Source: an uncultured archaeon | Lineage (GTDB): Archaea; Micrarchaeota; Micrarchaeia; Micrarchaeales; CABMGC01 | Direction of reading: 5' to 3' | NCBI GenBank assembly: GCA_963704435.1 | Contig: OY969902.1 | Coordinates: 720,001 to 752,000 of the forward strand | Length of the DNA: 32,000 nt | In this document: piece after piece, positions 27,303 through 32,000 of the stretch | Layout: each line of letters starts with the position of its first letter | Position numbering within the stretch: the stretch's first letter is position 1 | The notes under the pieces: generated by a model | Told to the model about the DNA's origin: nothing | Database searches by the model: none | What the model saw: the letters and a program-made list of their open reading frames with translations, nothing else | Made by a program: the position numbers and the translations under genes

Positions 27303-28294
27303 TGGACGACTATGCGATAGAAATGGACAACGCGGTCCAGAAGTTCGGCGACTTCATCGCAGTCGACGGGATCACCCTGAAGATAAAGAAGGGCGAGATA
27401 TTCGGGCTCTTGGGGCCGAACGGCGCCGGAAAGAGCACCATAATAAACATGCTTCTCGGGCTGCTGAAGCCCACTTCGGGAAGCGTCTTCGTGAACGGTG
27501 TCGACATGCAGAAGGACCCGAACCGCGCGAAGAAGACGCTGGGCGTGGTCACGCAGGAGACCGTCGTCGAGCCCGAGCTAACCGCAGAGCAGAACCTGAT
27601 GATCTTCGGAGACCTCTACCACGTGCCCAGAGAGAAGCTTCCCAAGAAGATAGACTTCCTGCTGGAGCTCGCCGACCTGAAAAATTTCCGCAAGTCGTAC
27701 GCAGGCACCTTCTCGGGAGGAATGAAGCGCAGGCTCGAGACGGTGAAGGCCCTCGTGCACGACCCCGACATAATCTTCATGGACGAGCCGACGACCGGGC
27801 TTGACATCCAAAACAGGACGAGGATGTGGCAGCTCCTTAGGCAGATAAACAGGGAGAGGAACGTCACGGTGCTCATGACCACGCAATACCTGGAGGAGGC
27901 GGACCAGATGTGCAACAGGATCGCGATAATAGACCACGGGAAGCTCGTGGCAGTCGGAACGCCCGCGGAACTGAGGCAGAAGATCGGGCTCTATGACATC
28001 ATAGAGATCGCCGCAGACAAGGAGGACCTGCAGAAGGTCGCGCAGATATTCAAGAAGCTGGGCCTGGAACCGCAGGCCCTCAGCAACAAGGTGATCTGTT
28101 CTGTAAAGAGCGACGCGGTGAAGACGATAGAGAGGCTGATAAAGACCATAACCGCCGCAGGCATAAAGATACAGAGCGTAAGTCTGCACGAGCCCACGAT
28201 AGACGACGTCTTCCTGAAGCTGACGGGCTCCTCTGTGAGGGACGCGACAGGCGAGTACGTGGGAAAGGGCATATCGTTCGGAGGTAGAAGATAG
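27302..28294 (+). CDS. ABC transporter ATP-binding protein (DrrA/CcmA-like)
   Basis: GLLGPNGAGKSTIINMLLGLLKPTSG, YAGTFSGGMKRRLETVKALVHDPDIIFMDEPTTGLD. Confidence 0.96.
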   Translation: MDDYAIEMDNAVQKFGDFIAVDGITLKIKKGEIFGLLGPNGAGKSTIINMLLGLLKPTSGSVFVNGVDMQKDPNRAKKTLGVVTQETVVEPELTAEQNLMIFGDLYHVPREKLPKKIDFLLELADLKNFRKSYAGTFSGGMKRRLETVKALVHDPDIIFMDEPTTGLDIQNRTRMWQLLRQINRERNVTVLMTTQYLEEADQMCNRIAIIDHGKLVAVGTPAELRQKIGLYDIIEIAADKEDLQKVAQIFKKLGLEPQALSNKVICSVKSDAVKTIERLIKTITAAGIKIQSVSLHEPTIDDVFLKLTGSSVRDATGEYVGKGISFGGRR

Positions 28295-28295
28295 C

Positions 28296-29402
28296 ATGAG
28301 CATAATGGAAGACGCGACGACCCTGTTCACAAGGGAGATGCTGATATTCAAGAAGAATATCACCGCGGGCTTAGCCAGGACCATCATCTTTCCTGTCATA
28401 TTCATACTTCTCCTCGGAAGCATAGGCAACACCCCGCAGCACGTCCCGATAGCGGTGGTAAACTTCGACAACGGCGCGGCATCGCTGGCGTTCATAAACA
28501 TGCTTACCTCGGGCGGGGCGCTCAGCGTCAAGGGAATGACTGACCAGCAGGATGCGATGAGCCTCCTGGCACAGGGAAGCGTCGCGGCCGTGGTCGTCAT
28601 ACCCAGCGGCTTCTCGAGCTCCAGTTCATCCGATGTCTTCGTCTACGTGGATGCCTCGTCGTCCGCCTCGGCCGAGGTAGCTACCAGCGTGATAAGCTCG
28701 GCTGCGTCAAGCATGAACTCGAAGCTTGTCGCAAGGAACGCGCAGGGCGAGGGGATATCCGTAATCACCAACCCCGCCTACGGGGCGACCAGCAACAACA
28801 TCAGCTTCACCGTAGCCGGAATACTGGTGCTCGTAGCGACTACGGGAGCCATATTCAGCGGCGGGTTCACGGTGCTGCAGGACAGGCAGCTCGGCAACCT
28901 CAAGGCGTTCCTCGTGACCCCCATAAACAAGGTCTCGATACTCCTCAGCAAGGTGTTCTACGGCACGTTCCAGTCCGCGTTCAGCGCATACGTTGCGCTC
29001 GCCATCGGGCTGCTGTACGGCGCGAGCATCGCATCGGGCGTTGTCGGAATGCTGGAGATACTCTGGTTCATATTCCTCGTAGGCTTCGGGTTCAGCTGCA
29101 TAGCGGTGTCCCTGGCGATAAGGATGAAGCAGACGCAGACCTACGCCCTTGTCGCGCAGGTGGTGTCGCTCCCGCTTTCGTTCCTCGCAGGCGCACTGGT
29201 CCCCGTGTCCTCGCTGCCCGCCTTCCTGGCCCCCCTGGCGGCCTTCAACCCGCTGACCTACGCAGTCAACGCAGTAAGGGACATAATGCTCAAGGGCTCG
29301 CTTCCGATCGGGGCGTTCCTCGTCGATTCGACGATACTGATAGCCTTCTCAATAGTCATGCTGGCGATAAGCGTCTTGCTATTTAAGAATATAAACGAAT
29401 AA
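28296..29402 (+). CDS. ABC-2 type transporter permease
   Basis: N-terminal TM, extracytoplasmic domain, C-terminal multi-TM, and AFNPLTYAVNAVRDIML motif typical of ABC-2 permeases. Confidence 0.92.
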   Translation: MSIMEDATTLFTREMLIFKKNITAGLARTIIFPVIFILLLGSIGNTPQHVPIAVVNFDNGAASLAFINMLTSGGALSVKGMTDQQDAMSLLAQGSVAAVVVIPSGFSSSSSSDVFVYVDASSSASAEVATSVISSAASSMNSKLVARNAQGEGISVITNPAYGATSNNISFTVAGILVLVATTGAIFSGGFTVLQDRQLGNLKAFLVTPINKVSILLSKVFYGTFQSAFSAYVALAIGLLYGASIASGVVGMLEILWFIFLVGFGFSCIAVSLAIRMKQTQTYALVAQVVSLPLSFLAGALVPVSSLPAFLAPLAAFNPLTYAVNAVRDIMLKGSLPIGAFLVDSTILIAFSIVMLAISVLLFKNINE

Positions 29403-29410
29403 GTGATCTC

Positions 29411-30985
29411 ATGAAAAATACGACAAAAGGAATCTGGATCCTGCTGCTCTTACCGCTCATGATGGGGTTGGCGCAGGCGCAGTCCACCCAATCAGGAGCG
29501 CTGTCTCTGGCCAACGTGGCGGTGATGCCCAATCCAGTGATAGCCGGGAGCAACGCGACGGTGGTGTTCCAGCTGTACAACTCCTACGGATCGTCGCTGA
29601 CGAACGTCAACCTGCAGCTCACGGGAAGCTACCCCCTGCTGAACTTCTCGCCCTCCAGCTCATACCTGGTGAGCGTAGTGGGGAGCGGCCTCTACGCTGG
29701 CGCGATAAGCTACACGATGCATGTCCCGAAGACGACCCCTACAGGCACCTATACGCTCAGCCTGGTCGGCACGTACCAGACCGTGTCATCAGTGTACGGC
29801 CAGGTCGTGGGCAGCTCGGTAATGCCCCTAAGCGTGTATGTGAACGGCATACCCAACATAACCGCGGTCGCGGGCTCCACGCCAGTGACGCCGGGCAGCC
29901 CGATGGTGCTGTACGCGCGCATCGTGAACTCGGGCTACGACACCGCGAAGAACTTGGTGATCAGGGCTCTCAACACCAGCGGATTCACGCCATACGGAGT
30001 GGGCACGTTCTCTATAAGTTCGCTTCCGGTAGGCGCGGCGCTGAACGTGTCGATAAACTACCAGACGTCCCAGTCCGTGAAGAACGGGACCTACTCGCTC
30101 CCCATCTCGGTCTCGTACCAGTCGGGCATAGGGACCCAGTACTCGAAGACGATAAACCTGACTGAGAGCATCGCGATAGTCAGCCCGCAGGTCAGGCTCA
30201 GCTTCGCCAATCCTATGCCGCAGGCGCTCTTCGCAGGATACAACCAGACCGTCCAGCTGCAGATACAGAACGTGGGCAACGGCGTGGCCAGGAATGTCAG
30301 CGTGTCGCTGGTAGCGGGACAGGGCACAAACCTGCTCGGCTCCGTGGACAGCTTCTTCATAAGCACGCTGCAGCCGGGCCAGACCATAAGCGAGCCGGTA
30401 CTGCTGTCAGCCAGCGGCGTGGGCAGCGCTACGGTCAACGCGACCGTGGCCTACTACTCAGCGGACTACAGCAAGAACTTCAACGGCGCGCAGCTGCTTA
30501 GCCTTGCGCTCGCGCCGGCGGCGCAGTTCACTGTCACGGGCGAGAGGTCAAGCCTCGCGCCGGGATCGACCGACGTGCCCGTGACGTTCGTCGTGAAGAA
30601 CACCGGCACCATAGCCGCGCAGGGCGTGCAGTTCAACCTGCAGAGCACATACCCGATAACTCCAGTGTCGAGCACCTACTACCTGAGCGACCTGCCCATC
30701 GGCTCCAGCGCCAACGTCACCTTCCTGGTAAGCGCGGATTCGCAGGGAGTGCCAAGTTCATACCCTGTGACGATCTTCGAGCAGTGGAAGCAGCCTAACG
30801 GCGCCACCAACCAGCAGTTCTCCGGGTCCGTCAACTACTTCGTGACCGTCGGCACAGGCGGAAGCAGCCTGGGCGACATCGCGGGAGCGGCTGTGATCAT
30901 CGTGATAGCAGTGGGCGCGTACCTGTTCATGAAGAAAAGGAAGGCGAAGGCAAAGCCAGCGGCCGAGAAGGCGAGGGGCAAGTGA
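29411..30985 (+). CDS. Secreted CARDB/COG1361-like surface protein with C-terminal TM anchor
   Basis: Signal MKNTTKGIWILLLLPLMMGLAQA; repeated Ig-like blocks such as VMPNPVIAGSNATVVFQLYNSYGSSLTNVNLQL, QVRLSFANPMPQALFAGYNQTVQLQIQNVGNGVARNVSVSL and SLAPGSTDVPVTFVVKNTGTIAAQGVQF; C-terminal AAVIIVIAVGAYLFMKKRK. Confidence 0.85.
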   Translation: MKNTTKGIWILLLLPLMMGLAQAQSTQSGALSLANVAVMPNPVIAGSNATVVFQLYNSYGSSLTNVNLQLTGSYPLLNFSPSSSYLVSVVGSGLYAGAISYTMHVPKTTPTGTYTLSLVGTYQTVSSVYGQVVGSSVMPLSVYVNGIPNITAVAGSTPVTPGSPMVLYARIVNSGYDTAKNLVIRALNTSGFTPYGVGTFSISSLPVGAALNVSINYQTSQSVKNGTYSLPISVSYQSGIGTQYSKTINLTESIAIVSPQVRLSFANPMPQALFAGYNQTVQLQIQNVGNGVARNVSVSLVAGQGTNLLGSVDSFFISTLQPGQTISEPVLLSASGVGSATVNATVAYYSADYSKNFNGAQLLSLALAPAAQFTVTGERSSLAPGSTDVPVTFVVKNTGTIAAQGVQFNLQSTYPITPVSSTYYLSDLPIGSSANVTFLVSADSQGVPSSYPVTIFEQWKQPNGATNQQFSGSVNYFVTVGTGGSSLGDIAGAAVIIVIAVGAYLFMKKRKAKAKPAAEKARGK

Positions 30986-30986
30986 A

Positions 30987-31637
30987 ATGCAATCCAAAGC
31001 TGAGAGCGCAGGAAGCGGCCCTGCCCTTATTGCGGAGAAGACCTTAGAAGCCTGCCTTGCGCTCGCGCAGCGGGCCAAGCAGGGCTGCCTGATCGTCTGC
31101 GAGACCAAGCCGATATCTAAGCAGTACTACAAGGACTCCAATAGGGATTTCTGCCACCCCGACCTGAGCCCGATCTCCATCTTCGACCCGGATGACAGGC
31201 AGGGCCTTGAGAAGCTCGCTGCGGTGGACGGCGCCCTGATACTCGACTCATCTGGTGCGATGCTACATTATGGGGCTACCCTACTCCATTCCACGAGCAT
31301 GCGCGGACACGGCAAGCGCCACGCCTTCGCGCGTGGCACGAGCATGGCGGTGAAGGGCGTAGTCTGCATTTTGCATTCGGAAGAGGACGGACACACGAGG
31401 TCGTTCAGGGACGGGTTTCTTGTCGTTGACATCGCGCCTGACGGGAAGCTGAAGAACATGACGCGCCATCGCATCGCCGCGCTCCTCTGCAACCCCCTCA
31501 CCGCCACATTGGCCGTGTCGGGCGTAGTGACCAGCATACTGTCGCTGAATCCATTGCCGGCCATCATTACGATAAGCGGCAGCACGATCTTGATCAGGCA
31601 GGGGTTCCTAGGGTTGAAGAAAACCATCGAGGGTTAG
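30987..31637 (+). CDS. DisA_N (diadenylate cyclase)-like protein with C-terminal hydrophobic segment
   Basis: AAVDGALILDSSGAMLHYGATLL (DGA motif) and GKRHAFARGTSMAVKGVVCILHSEEDGHTRSFRDG, resembling G(T)RHR.A...T.....VVSEE.G. C-terminal segment GVVTSILSLNPLPAIITISGSTILI is hydrophobic. Confidence 0.72.
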   Translation: MQSKAESAGSGPALIAEKTLEACLALAQRAKQGCLIVCETKPISKQYYKDSNRDFCHPDLSPISIFDPDDRQGLEKLAAVDGALILDSSGAMLHYGATLLHSTSMRGHGKRHAFARGTSMAVKGVVCILHSEEDGHTRSFRDGFLVVDIAPDGKLKNMTRHRIAALLCNPLTATLAVSGVVTSILSLNPLPAIITISGSTILIRQGFLGLKKTIEG

Positions 31638-31638
31638 C

Positions 31639-32000
31639 ATGGACAAGGCCGCAGCGAGTATCGGAATAATCGGCGGGTCTCGGTTCTATTCATTGCTCGA
31701 GAATTCAGAGCGCGCTAACGTAGACACGCAGTACGGGAAGCCCAGCGACGAGATCACAATCGGGGAGTTGGCCGGAAAGAGGGTCGCCTTCCTGCCGCGG
31801 CACGGCGCAAGGCACACGCTTGCCCCGCACAAGGTCCCGTACCGCGCGAACATAGATGCGCTGAGCGGCCTGGGCGTAGGGAGGCTCATAGCGTCGAGCA
31901 CTGTCGGGTCCCTGGTCGCGGATTACGAGCCAGGGGACTTCGTCTTCTTCGACCAGTTCGTAAACATGTCGCACGGGCGCGAAGACACCTTCTTCGATTC
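31639..32000 (+). CDS. mtnP: S-methyl-5'-thioadenosine phosphorylase (MTAP/MtnP family), truncated by window edge
   Basis: Manual translation: MDKAAASIGIIGGSRFYSLLENSERANVDTQYGKPSDEITIGELAGKRVAFLPRHGARHTLAPHKVPYRANIDALSGLGVGRLIASSTVGSL... FLPRHGxxHxxxPhxVPYRANI is diagnostic of the family. Confidence 0.9.
   Translation, partial: MDKAAASIGIIGGSRFYSLLENSERANVDTQYGKPSDEITIGELAGKRVAFLPRHGARHTLAPHKVPYRANIDALSGLGVGRLIASSTVGSLVADYEPGDFVFFDQFVNMSHGREDTFFD

Noticed and set aside
27292-27804. 170-aa plus-strand ORF overlapping the ABC ATPase
   Set aside because: Out-of-frame reading of the ABC ATPase gene; Arg/His/Glu-rich translation with no domain.
27578-28600. 340-aa plus/minus-overlap ORF (MTTTAATLPCARRL...)
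   Set aside because: Antisense to ABC ATPase and permease genes, which have clear motifs and coupled starts/stops.

Overview
Archaeal chromosomal window; the gene set (introned tRNA, L40e, archaeal-type LeuRS, DisA_N/DacZ-like cyclase, TATA-box promoters) suggests a DPANN/Micrarchaeota-like lineage, which is inference only. The left half, mostly minus strand, is largely housekeeping: ABC ATPase, TspO/MBR, HAD phosphatase, HtpX+LemA, YgjP-like metallopeptidase, CysS, PyrG, tRNA-Ser(UGA) with an intron, Rieske ferredoxin, tRNA-Pro(UGG), wHTH protein, L40e, flavodoxin and LeuRS. The right half holds a ~2634-aa secreted protein built on 19 nearly identical in-frame 306-bp (102-aa) tandem repeats flanked by tail-fibre-like motifs. 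It is followed by a second YVTN-containing, C-terminally membrane-anchored surface protein. Then come a MinD-like ATPase and a very tightly packed cluster: PadR regulator, ABC-2 exporter (ATPase and permease), CARDB-like surface protein, DisA_N-like diadenylate cyclase and MTA phosphorylase. The best leads are the giant repeat protein with its surface partner, the PadR/ABC/CARDB/DAC/MTAP cluster, and a 22-bp tandem repeat that reiterates the 3' end of tRNA-Pro.
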